Assembly (NCBI GenBank): GCA_964401135.1
Contig: CAYNXC010000003.1
Coordinates: 8,848-72,847 of the forward strand
Source of the DNA: an uncultured Candidatus Saccharibacteria bacterium
Lineage (GTDB): Bacteria; Patescibacteriota; Minisyncoccia; Phycocordibacterales; UBA9988
DNA: 64,000 nucleotides
Reading direction: 5' to 3'
How positions within the stretch are numbered: the stretch's first letter is position 1; the number at the start of each line of letters is the position of its first letter. Both the position numbers and the translations under genes were made by a program. The notes under the pieces are model-generated. The model saw nothing but the letters and a program-made list of their open reading frames with translations. It was not told the origin of the DNA and ran no database searches. This document shows, piece after piece, positions 18,740 to 28,174 of the stretch.

Positions 18740-19792
18740 ATGAAAGAACGGATATACAACTGGTTCGGCAGCGATGTCGGCATTGACTTAGGGACAGCAA
18801 ACACCCTTGTGTATGTTCGTGGTAAGGGGATTGTGATAAACGAGCCCTCTGTTGTCGCACTCAATTCAAAGACTGGTCGTGTGGTAGCAGTAGGGACTGA
18901 TGCCCGCTATATGTTAGGACGCACGCCAGCACACATTGACGCAATTCGACCATTGGTAGATGGGGTTATCTCAAACTTTGAGGTAACAGAAGAAATGCTT
19001 GCCTACTTGCTTAAGAAAGCGAAGGAGGCGGCAGGGAAGTCATACTTCCGTCCACGAGTCGTTGTTGGTGTCCCTTCTGGGATCACAAATGTAGAACGCC
19101 GAGCAGTTCGAGATGCAACCAGTAATGCAGGGGCACGCGAAGTTCATATTATTGAAGAACCAATGGCGGCGGCAATCGGGGTGCGTTTGCCGGTATACGA
19201 TCCTGTAGGGATGATGGTAGTAGACATAGGAGGAGGGACTACTGATATCGCAGTCATATCACTCGGCGGCATTGTCCGCTCACGGAACTTACATATTGCG
19301 GGAGATAAACTGAATGAGGATATCATCAGCTATATCCGTGATGAGTTTAAGATACTTCTCGGGGAACGAACTGCTGAAGATGTGAAGATAGCGATTGGGT
19401 CAGTATTAAACACTGGGACTGCTCGTGAGACGACGGTACGGGGGAGGGATCTCATCACTGGACTCCCGCGCGAAGTTATCATTACAGATGCGGATATCAG
19501 AGAAGCCATATCAGTTTCTATTGCCACTCTTATTGAGACCATTAAAGAAGTACTCGAGTCTACCCCGCCTGAAGTGGTGTCGGATGTGATGCACCGTGGC
19601 ATTGTCCTGGTTGGTGGGGGAGCACAAATGCATGGGATCCGAGATTTACTTGAGCGAGAAATTTCTATACCCGTCATTGTTGCTGAAGATCCGCTCACTG
19701 CGGTTGTGCGAGGATCAGGTATTGTACTAGAAGAATTTGATCAGTTTAAAGAAGTTCTCATAGATAATGATGAAGCACTTAGTCAGCACTAA
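18740..19792 (+). CDS. mreB: rod shape-determining protein MreB (paralog 2, heads the mreBCD-mrdA operon)
   Basis: Actin-fold motifs VGIDLGTANTLVY and DIGGGTTDIAVISLGGIV. Confidence 0.92.
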   Translation: MKERIYNWFGSDVGIDLGTANTLVYVRGKGIVINEPSVVALNSKTGRVVAVGTDARYMLGRTPAHIDAIRPLVDGVISNFEVTEEMLAYLLKKAKEAAGKSYFRPRVVVGVPSGITNVERRAVRDATSNAGAREVHIIEEPMAAAIGVRLPVYDPVGMMVVDIGGGTTDIAVISLGGIVRSRNLHIAGDKLNEDIISYIRDEFKILLGERTAEDVKIAIGSVLNTGTARETTVRGRDLITGLPREVIITDADIREAISVSIATLIETIKEVLESTPPEVVSDVMHRGIVLVGGGAQMHGIRDLLEREISIPVIVAEDPLTAVVRGSGIVLEEFDQFKEVLIDNDEALSQH

Positions 19793-20573
19793 GGATATCT
19801 CTCGTCGCAAGGAGACGATCCGTACCATCATCCTTATTGTAGTGTTTATCCCGCTCGCGCTCGTTGTCTTCCCCTACGCAGAATCACTACTTATGAGAGG
19901 AGCCCTTTCTCTCGTAAATCCATTCTGGGAAGCAAGGCGAGAGGCACTTGAACCTGAGGTTGGGCTAATATCTCTCTTTACTGATAAAGCTCTCTTACAA
20001 AAAGAGAATGAAGTGCTCAGGAAGAGATTAGCAAACTACCAGGCACTTTCTCTAGAACGAGGACGATTACAGAAAGAGAATGCAGTGCTCCGTGGGATTG
20101 AAGATGCGTATGCCTCCTCCACGCGCCATGTAATTGTCCCTGTTCTTATTTACCCCGACCAATCACTGTACGACACACTCATTGTTGATCTTGCAGGGAT
20201 CCCAGAACAGTTTAAGCAAGAACATACCTGGGTGCATGCGGAGGGGATTGTCATAGGCTCTCTCTCCTCTGTGAACGGGACAAAAGGTAAGGTTACGCTC
20301 CTCTCAACAAGTGGGAATTTAGTTAATGCCTTAATAGGATCCTCAAGTATTTCAAGCGGGCTCACTGGCCAAGGTGGGGGAGCTTTTAGCATGGCGGTAC
20401 CACTAGAAAGTGATGTACGGGAAGGGGATCAAGCAATCCTTCCTACGGCAGGAGGCGCTATCGCTGCTCTTGTATCTACGGTTGAGCGAGATGAGAACGC
20501 ACAAGAGAAGCAAGTCCGTCTACGCACCCCTGTCAACATTTATTCACTCCGCTTCGTTGAGTTAGCACTATGA
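19767..20573 (+). CDS. mreC: rod shape-determining protein MreC
   Basis: An N-terminal TM helix, a coiled-coil segment with an internal LQKENxVLR repeat, and a C-terminal beta-rich domain. Its position between mreB and mreD supports the call. Confidence 0.8.
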   Translation: MMKHLVSTKDISRRKETIRTIILIVVFIPLALVVFPYAESLLMRGALSLVNPFWEARREALEPEVGLISLFTDKALLQKENEVLRKRLANYQALSLERGRLQKENAVLRGIEDAYASSTRHVIVPVLIYPDQSLYDTLIVDLAGIPEQFKQEHTWVHAEGIVIGSLSSVNGTKGKVTLLSTSGNLVNALIGSSSISSGLTGQGGGAFSMAVPLESDVREGDQAILPTAGGAIAALVSTVERDENAQEKQVRLRTPVNIYSLRFVELAL

Positions 20574-20836
20574 TGATGGAGCGCGTATTACTCAATGGAG
20601 CACTCTTTCTCGCTTTGGTATGGGGTCCGTGGTGGATTTTTTTCTCTGTAGTACTCCTTGCAATCCTTCTTGTGTATCCAATGTATGAGGTCTCTGTCTA
20701 TGCCCTCTTCTTTGATTTTTTGTACAGTGCTCCTAATACGGGGCTCTGGTCTTTCCCACTATGGGGGACGATCATCTCACTGTGTTTACTTGCGCTCAAT
20801 GCTGTTTCTCGCGAATACATCAGAAATTATGCGTAA
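20570..20836 (+). CDS. mreD: putative rod shape-determining protein MreD (small polytopic membrane protein)
   Basis: 88 aa that is entirely hydrophobic. Its position between mreC and the PBP2 gene is the main evidence. Confidence 0.5.
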   Translation: MMMERVLLNGALFLALVWGPWWIFFSVVLLAILLVYPMYEVSVYALFFDFLYSAPNTGLWSFPLWGTIISLCLLALNAVSREYIRNYA

Positions 20837-22520
20837 ATTCAATTTTTGGAAAAGAAGAGAGTACCCTGAGATTGATCCTGATATCATCTTTCTAGATTCG
20901 CACAATTTGCCAGACTTTGATACGCAGCAATTTGAAGGACGCATTGAGCGCCCAATTTCAAAATTCAGCTTCGCTCTTATCCTCCTAGCTTTTCTTCTCT
21001 GCTCCGGCGCATATCTTTGGAAGATCTCTATACTGCAGATAGCTCATGGTGAGGAGTATTACGCCGCGAGTAAAGACAACCAATTAAGGCATATCCCTAT
21101 CTTTGCGCCAAGGGGCGTCATCTATGATCGTAATAATATCGCGCTTGCCTTCAATGGAGACTCTCGCTCGTACATACAAGAAAACGGCTTTGGTCACCTA
21201 TTAGGCTATGTTAGTCTCCCAAGTAAAAAAGACCTGGAGAATGGTACCTACTACTCAAATGGATTTGTAGGTCGTCAAGGCCTAGAACAAACCTACGAGC
21301 GTTTATTACAAGGAACGCATGGCTTGAAAATTGAGGAGGTTGATGTGCATGGCAACATTATCTCAAGCTCAGTGTTACGAGAACCTTCGGAAGGAAATAA
21401 TTTGACCACTTCAATTGACGCACGAGTGCAAAAAAAGATGTATGAACTCATAGAATCTCTCGCACTTGATAAACACTTCCAGGGAGGGGCGGGGATCATC
21501 ATGGATGTAAAGACGGGTGAGCTTATTACGCTGGTAAGCTATCCAGAATACTCACCTCAGGTACTTGTGGAAGGTAAGGATAGAGAGACGATCTCAGCGT
21601 ACCAAAACGATCCGCAAACTCCATTTCTCAACCGCGCGACACAGGGGCTCTACGCACCTGGATCTATTGTGAAGCCCTTCATCGCTACTGCAGCGTTAAA
21701 TGAGCGCACGATTAGTCCTGATACGGCTATTGTGAGTACTGGCTCAATTTCTATTCCAAACCTATACGACCCAAGTAAACCAACCGTGTTTAAAGATTGG
21801 AAAGCGCACGGATCAGTGAATATGCGACAGGCACTCGCGGTCTCGTCTGATGTGTACTTTTATGTCGTTGGTGGTGGCTATCGCAACCAAGCAGGGCTCG
21901 GCATAGAACGCATTGACAAATATCTACAAAAATTTGGTTTCGGTTCTCCTACAGGGATTGATGTAGAGAAAGAAGCGTCAGGCGTTATCCCAACCCCTAA
22001 CTGGAAGGCTGAACATTTTGATGGAGAAAAGTGGAATATTGGTAATACGTATCACACGGCTATTGGGCAATATGGTTTTCAAGTCACCCCGATACAGACG
22101 GTGCGTGCTATTGCGGCAATCGCAAACGGTGGGAAGCTCGTCACACCACGACTCTACCGTAACGAGACGAGATCAGAGAACGCAGGGAGTCCTATTGGTA
22201 TCTCTGACTCCTTACTAAAAATTGTACGAGAGGGGATGCGTATGGCAGTTACCGAAGGGACGGGAAAGGGTCTCTCTATACCAGGATTCCCCATCGCGGC
22301 AAAGACGGGGACTGCTGAATTAGGAGTCTCAAAAGATAAAGTAAACTCGTGGGTTATCGGCTTCTTCCCCTATGACACCCCGCGCTATGCCTTTGCAGTC
22401 GTGATGGAGCGTGGGGATGTACACAACACCATCGGAGGTGTATTTATTATGCGGCAATTGTTTGATTGGATGCTTGTGAACGCTCAAGAGTATATACGCT
22501 CTCCCCAGACATCGGATTGA
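20829..22520 (+). CDS. mrdA: penicillin-binding protein 2 (elongasome transpeptidase)
   Basis: An N-terminal TM helix and PBP dimerisation domain, then a transpeptidase domain with STVKP-like (GSIVKPF), SSD-like and KTGTAE motifs. It lies immediately downstream of mreBCD. I use the ATG at 20829; the track ORF extends to 20658 and would overlap mreD. Confidence 0.88.
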   Translation: MRKFNFWKRREYPEIDPDIIFLDSHNLPDFDTQQFEGRIERPISKFSFALILLAFLLCSGAYLWKISILQIAHGEEYYAASKDNQLRHIPIFAPRGVIYDRNNIALAFNGDSRSYIQENGFGHLLGYVSLPSKKDLENGTYYSNGFVGRQGLEQTYERLLQGTHGLKIEEVDVHGNIISSSVLREPSEGNNLTTSIDARVQKKMYELIESLALDKHFQGGAGIIMDVKTGELITLVSYPEYSPQVLVEGKDRETISAYQNDPQTPFLNRATQGLYAPGSIVKPFIATAALNERTISPDTAIVSTGSISIPNLYDPSKPTVFKDWKAHGSVNMRQALAVSSDVYFYVVGGGYRNQAGLGIERIDKYLQKFGFGSPTGIDVEKEASGVIPTPNWKAEHFDGEKWNIGNTYHTAIGQYGFQVTPIQTVRAIAAIANGGKLVTPRLYRNETRSENAGSPIGISDSLLKIVREGMRMAVTEGTGKGLSIPGFPIAAKTGTAELGVSKDKVNSWVIGFFPYDTPRYAFAVVMERGDVHNTIGGVFIMRQLFDWMLVNAQEYIRSPQTSD

Positions 22521-22568
22521 CTTAGAAAGGACAGCACGGTATTATGGCACGACTAAATTAACATATAT

Positions 22569-23030
22569 ATGCAAGGAGAATATATCAGCGAAGAGAAATT
22601 GAAGGAACTGCAGACTGAATTACAAGAGCTCAAGACAGTTACCCGCAAGCGTATCGCTGAACAGCTCGAATATGCAAAATCACTCGGGGATCTTTCTGAA
22701 AATGCCGAATACCATGAAGCACGAGAGGAACAAGCAAATGTAGAAGATAGGATCTCGCGCATCGAAGATATTTTACGCAGGGCAGTAATAGTGGGCACTC
22801 ATCGAGGCAGTACCATAGACCTTGGCTCAACCGTCACCATTACCAAGAAAGGAGCTGATAGCGAGCAAACGCTCACTATTGTTGGCTCTGAAGAAGTAAA
22901 TAGCGCGCAAGGAAAGATTTCAAACGAGTCGCCCATCGGGAGAGAATTGATCGGAAAGAAGAAAGGAGACTCCTTCGTCATACAGGCGCCGCGAGGTAAT
23001 ACCGAATATCTCATTACTGCGGTACAATAG
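22569..23030 (+). CDS. greA: transcription elongation factor GreA
   Basis: 153 aa with the N-terminal coiled-coil carrying acidic-tip residues (GDLSENAEY) and a C-terminal FKBP-like domain. Confidence 0.93.
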   Translation: MQGEYISEEKLKELQTELQELKTVTRKRIAEQLEYAKSLGDLSENAEYHEAREEQANVEDRISRIEDILRRAVIVGTHRGSTIDLGSTVTITKKGADSEQTLTIVGSEEVNSAQGKISNESPIGRELIGKKKGDSFVIQAPRGNTEYLITAVQ

Positions 23031-23035
23031 CCACA

Positions 23036-24430
23036 ATGGCATCGCTGGATGAACTTCGAGGAGAACGGCTAAAAAAATTACGGAGCTATGAAGCAGTCCG
23101 TGGAACTGCTTACCCAATAGAGTTGAATCCGAGTGTGCGCATCGTCGATCTTCGGGCTGATTTTGGAGCGTATCAGAAAAAAGGGGAATCCACCCTTGTA
23201 GGGAGGGTACTCGCAATCAGGAGCCAAGGTGCTCTTACCTTTTTTGACATCCACGATGGGAGTGGCAAATTTCAAATAATTGCAAAGAAAGAATCCCTAG
23301 GAGATGAAGCGTTTGCACTACTCGCCGACACTCTAGATACTGGGGATATTGTTGAAGTGCGGGGAACTCTCCTCGTGACAGCTCGTGGTGAAGAAAGCCT
23401 TGATGCCCATGAGTGGCGTTTTGGCGCAAAGAGTCTGCTTCCACTTCCTGATAAGTGGCATGGACTAAAAGATGACGACGAGCGTTTTCGACATCGCTAT
23501 CTGGAGAGTATTCGGGAAGAGGAGGTACGAGAACGCTTTCTCACTCGTTCGCGGATTATCCAACATATCCGCAATTTCCTATTAGAACGAGGTTTTGTAG
23601 AATTTGAGACACCTATACTCCAGCATATTGCTGGAGGAGCAAGCGCAGAGCCGTTCACCACGCACCATAATGCTTTAGACATTCCGCTCTACTTACGCAT
23701 TGCTCCAGAATTACCGCTCAAGATGCTCCTCATTGGAGGCTTTCCAAGAGTCTTTGAGATAGGTCGTTCTTTTAGAAATGAGGGAATTGATGTAACACAT
23801 AATCCTGAGTTTACAACCGTAGAATGGTACGAGGCATTTAGCTCTGCTGCTCGTGCAATGAAGATGGTTGAGGAGCTCTTTAGGAATCTAGTACAAGAAA
23901 TACAGGGATCTCTCATGCTCACGAGTGGGGATACAGAAATTGATTTTAAAAAACCCTTTAGAGTCATCTCCTACACAGATCTTTTGCGTGAATATGCTGA
24001 TGTCCCTGATATACAAGGGAGAGACCTAAAGGAGCTCGATTCGCTCTACAAACGCCTCTGCAGACCGAAGCTCAAAGAGCCGACTTTTGTCACCGAGTAT
24101 CCGGAAGGTATGCTCCCGCTTGCAAAGCGCTTGCGAGATGGGACAGTGGATGCTTTCCAGCTCATTATTGGCGGTTATGAACTGGTAAAAGCATTTTCTG
24201 AACTCAATGATCCGATCGATCAACGAAAGCGTTTTGAACGAGAAGCAGAGAAGAAAGTGCAGGGCGATACCGAGGCACAGGTAAGTGATGAGGACTTCTT
24301 GGAGGCGCTAGAGTACGGTATGCCTCCTGCGGGAGGAGTAGGAATCGGCATAGATCGTCTGACAATGCTCCTCACCAATACAAAGAATATTCGCGAAGTC
24401 ATCTACTTCCCAACCTTGCGGCCAAAGTAA
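23036..24430 (+). CDS. lysS: lysine--tRNA ligase, class II
   Basis: 464 aa with an OB-fold N-terminus (FFDIHDGSGKFQ), the block RHRYLE ... RF..RSRII, and class II motifs 2 (FRNEG) and 3 (GGVGIGIDRL). Confidence 0.93.
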   Translation: MASLDELRGERLKKLRSYEAVRGTAYPIELNPSVRIVDLRADFGAYQKKGESTLVGRVLAIRSQGALTFFDIHDGSGKFQIIAKKESLGDEAFALLADTLDTGDIVEVRGTLLVTARGEESLDAHEWRFGAKSLLPLPDKWHGLKDDDERFRHRYLESIREEEVRERFLTRSRIIQHIRNFLLERGFVEFETPILQHIAGGASAEPFTTHHNALDIPLYLRIAPELPLKMLLIGGFPRVFEIGRSFRNEGIDVTHNPEFTTVEWYEAFSSAARAMKMVEELFRNLVQEIQGSLMLTSGDTEIDFKKPFRVISYTDLLREYADVPDIQGRDLKELDSLYKRLCRPKLKEPTFVTEYPEGMLPLAKRLRDGTVDAFQLIIGGYELVKAFSELNDPIDQRKRFEREAEKKVQGDTEAQVSDEDFLEALEYGMPPAGGVGIGIDRLTMLLTNTKNIREVIYFPTLRPK

Positions 24431-24442
24431 TTTTGTGATACG

Positions 24443-24661
24443 ATGTCTTTAGACTTGACCTCTAGGAGAAAACTTATGCGTGACCTTGACATGGGTATGA
24501 AAGCACGATGTATTTGCCGAGATTTACAATACCTTACTGAACAAGATCGTAAGGATCTTGACTCTCAGACACCAGTAGAAGTATTTCAATCTCTTATGTC
24601 TTCGGTGCTTTTTACTGACACACTTCATCCTCCATCATCTCCACCGAATCTTCCGGCATAG
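24443..24661 (+). CDS. questionable small ORF (72 aa) between lysS and its terminator
   Basis: The only evidence is an open frame located before the lysS terminator hairpin. There is no family resemblance and no convincing RBS. Confidence 0.2.
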   Translation: MSLDLTSRRKLMRDLDMGMKARCICRDLQYLTEQDRKDLDSQTPVEVFQSLMSSVLFTDTLHPPSSPPNLPA

Positions 24662-24685
24662 CCAGTCGTAAGACTCATCTACCAC

Positions 24686-24725
24686 AGGCCTTCGTCCTCT
24701 ACCTAAGATGACGAAGGCCTTTTTC
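24686..24725 (+). terminator. rho-independent terminator downstream of lysS
   Basis: An 11-bp stem (AGGCCTTCGTC, a 13-nt loop, GACGAAGGCCT) followed by TTTTT. Confidence 0.75.
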
Positions 24726-24728
24726 ATT

Positions 24729-24794
24729 GTGGATAAATGGTATTGCGTGGTGGGAGAGAGTGGAATATACTGTATATGTAGTGGTAGAAAGTGG
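24729..24794 (+). promoter_or_regulatory. mraZ promoter (TTGCGT, 17 nt spacer, TATACT) embedded in an array of GTGG direct repeats; predicted MraZ operator
   Basis: GTGG occurs at 24729, 24747, 24750, 24760, 24781 and 24791, with partly 10-bp phasing. The -35 TTGCGT lies at 24743-24748 and the -10 TATACT at 24766-24771. The mraZ ATG is at 24810. Confidence 0.55.
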
Positions 24795-24809
24795 TATAAA
24801 AGATACACA

Positions 24810-25244
24810 ATGCTCATCGGAGAATATACGCACACCCTTGATGATAAAAAGCGTGTCGCTGTGCCAGCAAAGTTCCGAAAACAGTTGGGAAAGAAGATGA
24901 TTGTGACGCGCGGACTGGATGCTTGTCTCACAGTATACCCTCAGGATGCATGGCAGAGACTCTCAGAGAAGATTGCATTGCTACCCATGGGGACTGCAGA
25001 CTCACGAAGCTTCATCCGATTTATATTCGCAGGAGCGGTAGAGACAGAACTTGACGCACTCGGTCGCATCCTTATTCCAGATTTCCTTAAAGAGTTTGCG
25101 GATCTGAAGAGCAAGGTAATCATTGCGGGATTACAGGATCATGTAGAGGTGTGGGACGAGAAGCGCTGGCGCGAGTACCGCGGAAGGATAGAGAAGGAGG
25201 CAGATATACTCGCAGAGAAGCTTGGTGGCACAGGAATCCTGTAA
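24810..25244 (+). CDS. mraZ: transcriptional regulator MraZ
   Basis: Two tandem MraZ/SpoVT-AbrB-like repeats, each with the DxxxR motif (DDKKRVAVP ... and the second repeat LDALGRILIP). I use the ATG at 24810; the ORF-track start at 24708 lies inside the upstream terminator stem. Confidence 0.9.
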   Translation: MLIGEYTHTLDDKKRVAVPAKFRKQLGKKMIVTRGLDACLTVYPQDAWQRLSEKIALLPMGTADSRSFIRFIFAGAVETELDALGRILIPDFLKEFADLKSKVIIAGLQDHVEVWDEKRWREYRGRIEKEADILAEKLGGTGIL

Positions 25245-26125
25245 TGAGACACGCGTCAGTTCTTTTACAAGAAGTCATTGATGGTCTCTCGCCACAGAAT
25301 GGAGAAACCTTTCTTGATGCGACTCTCGGCAGTGGCGGGCACGCAGAAGGGCTTTTATCTCAGCTGGGAGAGACGGGCACCCTCATCGCCCTTGACCAAG
25401 ATGCTGGAGCGCTCGAACGGGGTAAGACGCGTCTTCTGGAATTGCCAGGCAAAAAATTATTTATTCGTGGCAATTTCAGAAACCTCGTCACACTCCTTAA
25501 AGGAGAAGGAATTGAAAGCTTAGATGGAGCACTTTTTGATCTGGGGATGAGTTCCGAACAGATAGAGGAATCAGGTAGGGGATTCTCATTTTTGCGAGAC
25601 GAGCCACTCCAGATGACGATGAATCAGGATGCCAGACTCAGTGCCGCAGATCTCCTTGCCATACTATCTGAAGAGGAAATTGCCACCATACTCTACGGTT
25701 ATGGTGAAGAGCACTTCTCTCGGAGGATCGCCAAGTTAATTGTAGAAGCACGGAAAGAGAGCCCCATCACGACAAGTGGAGCACTCGTAAGAATTGTGGA
25801 GTCGGCAGTGCCCTTCTGGTATCGGCGTAGACGAGCGCACCCAGCAACAAAGACCTTCCAAGCTCTCCGTATTGCAGTCAATGACGAGTATTTGGCGCTG
25901 GATGAAGGGCTCGCTGGAGCAGGCACGCTGTTGCGAAGTGGGGGGAGACTCGCAGTCATCACCTTCCACGGAGGAGAGGTACGACGAGTAAAAGCATTCG
26001 CAAAGGGGGAAGTGGGTAAAAAATTACATCGCATCAGTAAAAAATCCATTATCCCGAGTAAAGAAGAGCTACGAAGAAACCCTCGCGCACGAAGCGCACA
26101 ATTATATATTTTTAAAAAGCAGTAA
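25244..26125 (+). CDS. rsmH: 16S rRNA (cytosine1402-N4)-methyltransferase
   Basis: The N-terminus HASVLLQEVIDGL ... DATLGSGGHAE is the RsmH/MraW signature. The start overlaps the mraZ stop as TAATG. The track ORF start at 25151 is an in-frame upstream extension. Confidence 0.92.
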   Translation: MRHASVLLQEVIDGLSPQNGETFLDATLGSGGHAEGLLSQLGETGTLIALDQDAGALERGKTRLLELPGKKLFIRGNFRNLVTLLKGEGIESLDGALFDLGMSSEQIEESGRGFSFLRDEPLQMTMNQDARLSAADLLAILSEEEIATILYGYGEEHFSRRIAKLIVEARKESPITTSGALVRIVESAVPFWYRRRRAHPATKTFQALRIAVNDEYLALDEGLAGAGTLLRSGGRLAVITFHGGEVRRVKAFAKGEVGKKLHRISKKSIIPSKEELRRNPRARSAQLYIFKKQ

Positions 26126-26132
26126 TACTACT

Positions 26133-26459
26133 ATGTACACATACAAGACACAAGAACTTGAAAGTAAACTCTTTTGGGCACTGTCACTTGTGCTCTTTTT
26201 CCTATCTGGATCTTATGTGTACCTTATCCAAGAGTCCATCGTGAATGTGGTAGAACGCAGAACTGCACTTTCTGAAAGTGCCGCGCTTGAGGGTGAGATT
26301 GCTTCCTTAGAAGGAGCATATTTGAAGAAGATCGGATATGTGACCTTAGAAAGAGCTTATGAGATTGGTTTTGTAGATGTCTCAGGGAACACGACCTTTG
26401 CCTATGGACGCAGTGAAGGCGGAGGACGAGTCGGTCTCGTGAGCTCTCATGACGAATAG
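26133..26459 (+). CDS. ftsL: cell division protein FtsL-like (septum formation initiator family)
   Basis: 108 aa with a single TM helix followed by a coiled coil. Its position between rsmH and the division PBP is canonical for ftsL. Confidence 0.6.
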   Translation: MYTYKTQELESKLFWALSLVLFFLSGSYVYLIQESIVNVVERRTALSESAALEGEIASLEGAYLKKIGYVTLERAYEIGFVDVSGNTTFAYGRSEGGGRVGLVSSHDE

Positions 26460-28155
26460 CACTGTATACCGTATCCGTAGTATTTCAGGAGCCCTCGTAT
26501 TGGGAGCACTCCTCATCGTGGTGCGCCTTTTTTTTGTACAGATTGTGCATGGGAGAGAGTATGAAGAGAAGGCTATACAGCAATATAAAGGTAAGGCAGG
26601 GACTTCATTTAACCGAGGGAGTATCTATCTAAGCTCGCGCGAAGGAGCTCCTGTTGCCGCCGCAAGCTTAAGCTATGGCTACACGCTCGCGGTGCACCCT
26701 GTGCAAGTGGCGGAAGGGCATGAAGAAGAGCTCTACACAGCGCTCTCACGCTTTGTACTAATAGACAAAGATGATTTTTTAGCAAAGCTTGCAAAAAAAA
26801 ATGACCCTTATGAAGAGCTACTCTCCCGTATTGATCCAAGCATCGCAACAAAATTAGAAGCGGAGATGATCCCCGGAATAAGTCTCTCAACGCAACGCTG
26901 GCGTGGTTACCCCAGTGGAGCTCTTGCCGCTCATACAATAGGCTTTGTCGGCTATGATGGGGACGATTTCTCTGGTCGATATGGATTGGAAAAAGCTTAC
27001 GAACAAGTATTGGGGAGGAATAAGACGAGAGAGAATATCAATTTTTTTGCCGAACTTTTTAGTGAACTCGGGGACACCTTAGACGATAATGCCGCTCGCG
27101 AAGGAGATATCTATCTCACTATAGAACCAGTAGTGCAAGACACTGCAGAAAAAGCGGCGCAAGGACTGATGAAGACCTACAGTGCGGAAGAGGCTGGTGT
27201 CATCGTCATGGAACCTTCCACTGGGGCACTCCGTGCAATGGCGGCCTTACCCTCTTTTGACCCAGGGGAAAAGAAGGATAACCTCACCGTGCTCCAAAAT
27301 CCATTAGTAGAAAAAGTGTATGAGATGGGTTCTATCGTGAAGCCGCTCACTATGGCAGCCGCGCTTGATGCGGGCGTAGTGACTAGTGGGACGACATATA
27401 ACGACAAGGGATATATAATCATCAATGATGCACGGATTGAGAACTTTGATAAGAAGGGCAGGGGTGTAGTCCCGATGCAGGAGGTGCTCAATAACTCACT
27501 TAATACTGGTGCCGTGTTTGCAATGCAGAAGTTGGGCCGAGATCGCTTCCGCACTTATATGCGTGCCTATGGCTTTGGAGAGAAGACTGGGATAGATCTG
27601 CCGGACGAGGTAAGCGGGCTCACCGACAATCTTGAAAGCACTCGTGATGTAGAGTACGCCACCGCATCCTTTGGACAGGGGATTGCACTTACTCCACTTG
27701 CAATGACACGGGCGCTTGCTTCTTTGGGGAATGGTGGGATGATAGTACGGCCATATATAGTGCAAGAGATAAGATACAAGACGCTTCTTGCAGAAAAGAC
27801 AAAACCGGTCATACTGCGACGAGTTATTAGACAAGAAACAAGCGAGGAGATATCACGGATGCTCGTAACTGTGTTTGACAAGGCGCTTGGTGGAGGAAAG
27901 TATAAAATGGAACACTACAGCATTGCGGCAAAGACGGGGACCGCACAGGTCTCAAAGGATAGCGGTGGATACTACGAGGACCGCTACCTGCACACCTTCT
28001 TTGGCTATTTCCCTGCGTACGATCCACAGTTTATTGTCTTTTTGTATGTGTTGAACCCACACGGAGCGCGTTACGCTTCAGAGACCTTGAGTGACCCATT
28101 CATGGGGCTTGCAAAATTCCTTATCAACTATTATCGCATCCCACCTGATCGTTAA
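26449..28155 (+). CDS. ftsI: division-specific penicillin-binding protein (FtsI/PBP3-like transpeptidase)
   Basis: An N-terminal TM helix, then a transpeptidase domain with SxxK (GSIVKP), SxN (SLNTG) and KTG (AKTGTAQ) motifs. The mraZ-rsmH-ftsL context supports the division assignment. Confidence 0.85.
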   Translation: MTNSTVYRIRSISGALVLGALLIVVRLFFVQIVHGREYEEKAIQQYKGKAGTSFNRGSIYLSSREGAPVAAASLSYGYTLAVHPVQVAEGHEEELYTALSRFVLIDKDDFLAKLAKKNDPYEELLSRIDPSIATKLEAEMIPGISLSTQRWRGYPSGALAAHTIGFVGYDGDDFSGRYGLEKAYEQVLGRNKTRENINFFAELFSELGDTLDDNAAREGDIYLTIEPVVQDTAEKAAQGLMKTYSAEEAGVIVMEPSTGALRAMAALPSFDPGEKKDNLTVLQNPLVEKVYEMGSIVKPLTMAAALDAGVVTSGTTYNDKGYIIINDARIENFDKKGRGVVPMQEVLNNSLNTGAVFAMQKLGRDRFRTYMRAYGFGEKTGIDLPDEVSGLTDNLESTRDVEYATASFGQGIALTPLAMTRALASLGNGGMIVRPYIVQEIRYKTLLAEKTKPVILRRVIRQETSEEISRMLVTVFDKALGGGKYKMEHYSIAAKTGTAQVSKDSGGYYEDRYLHTFFGYFPAYDPQFIVFLYVLNPHGARYASETLSDPFMGLAKFLINYYRIPPDR

Positions 28156-28174
28156 TCAGGTCTTGATAGATAGT

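Noticed and set aside
24708-24809. Upstream in-frame extension of mraZ (track start at 24708)
   Set aside because: That ATG lies inside the stem of the lysS terminator hairpin and upstream of the predicted mraZ promoter. The internal ATG at 24810 gives a protein starting right at the conserved MraZ N-terminus.
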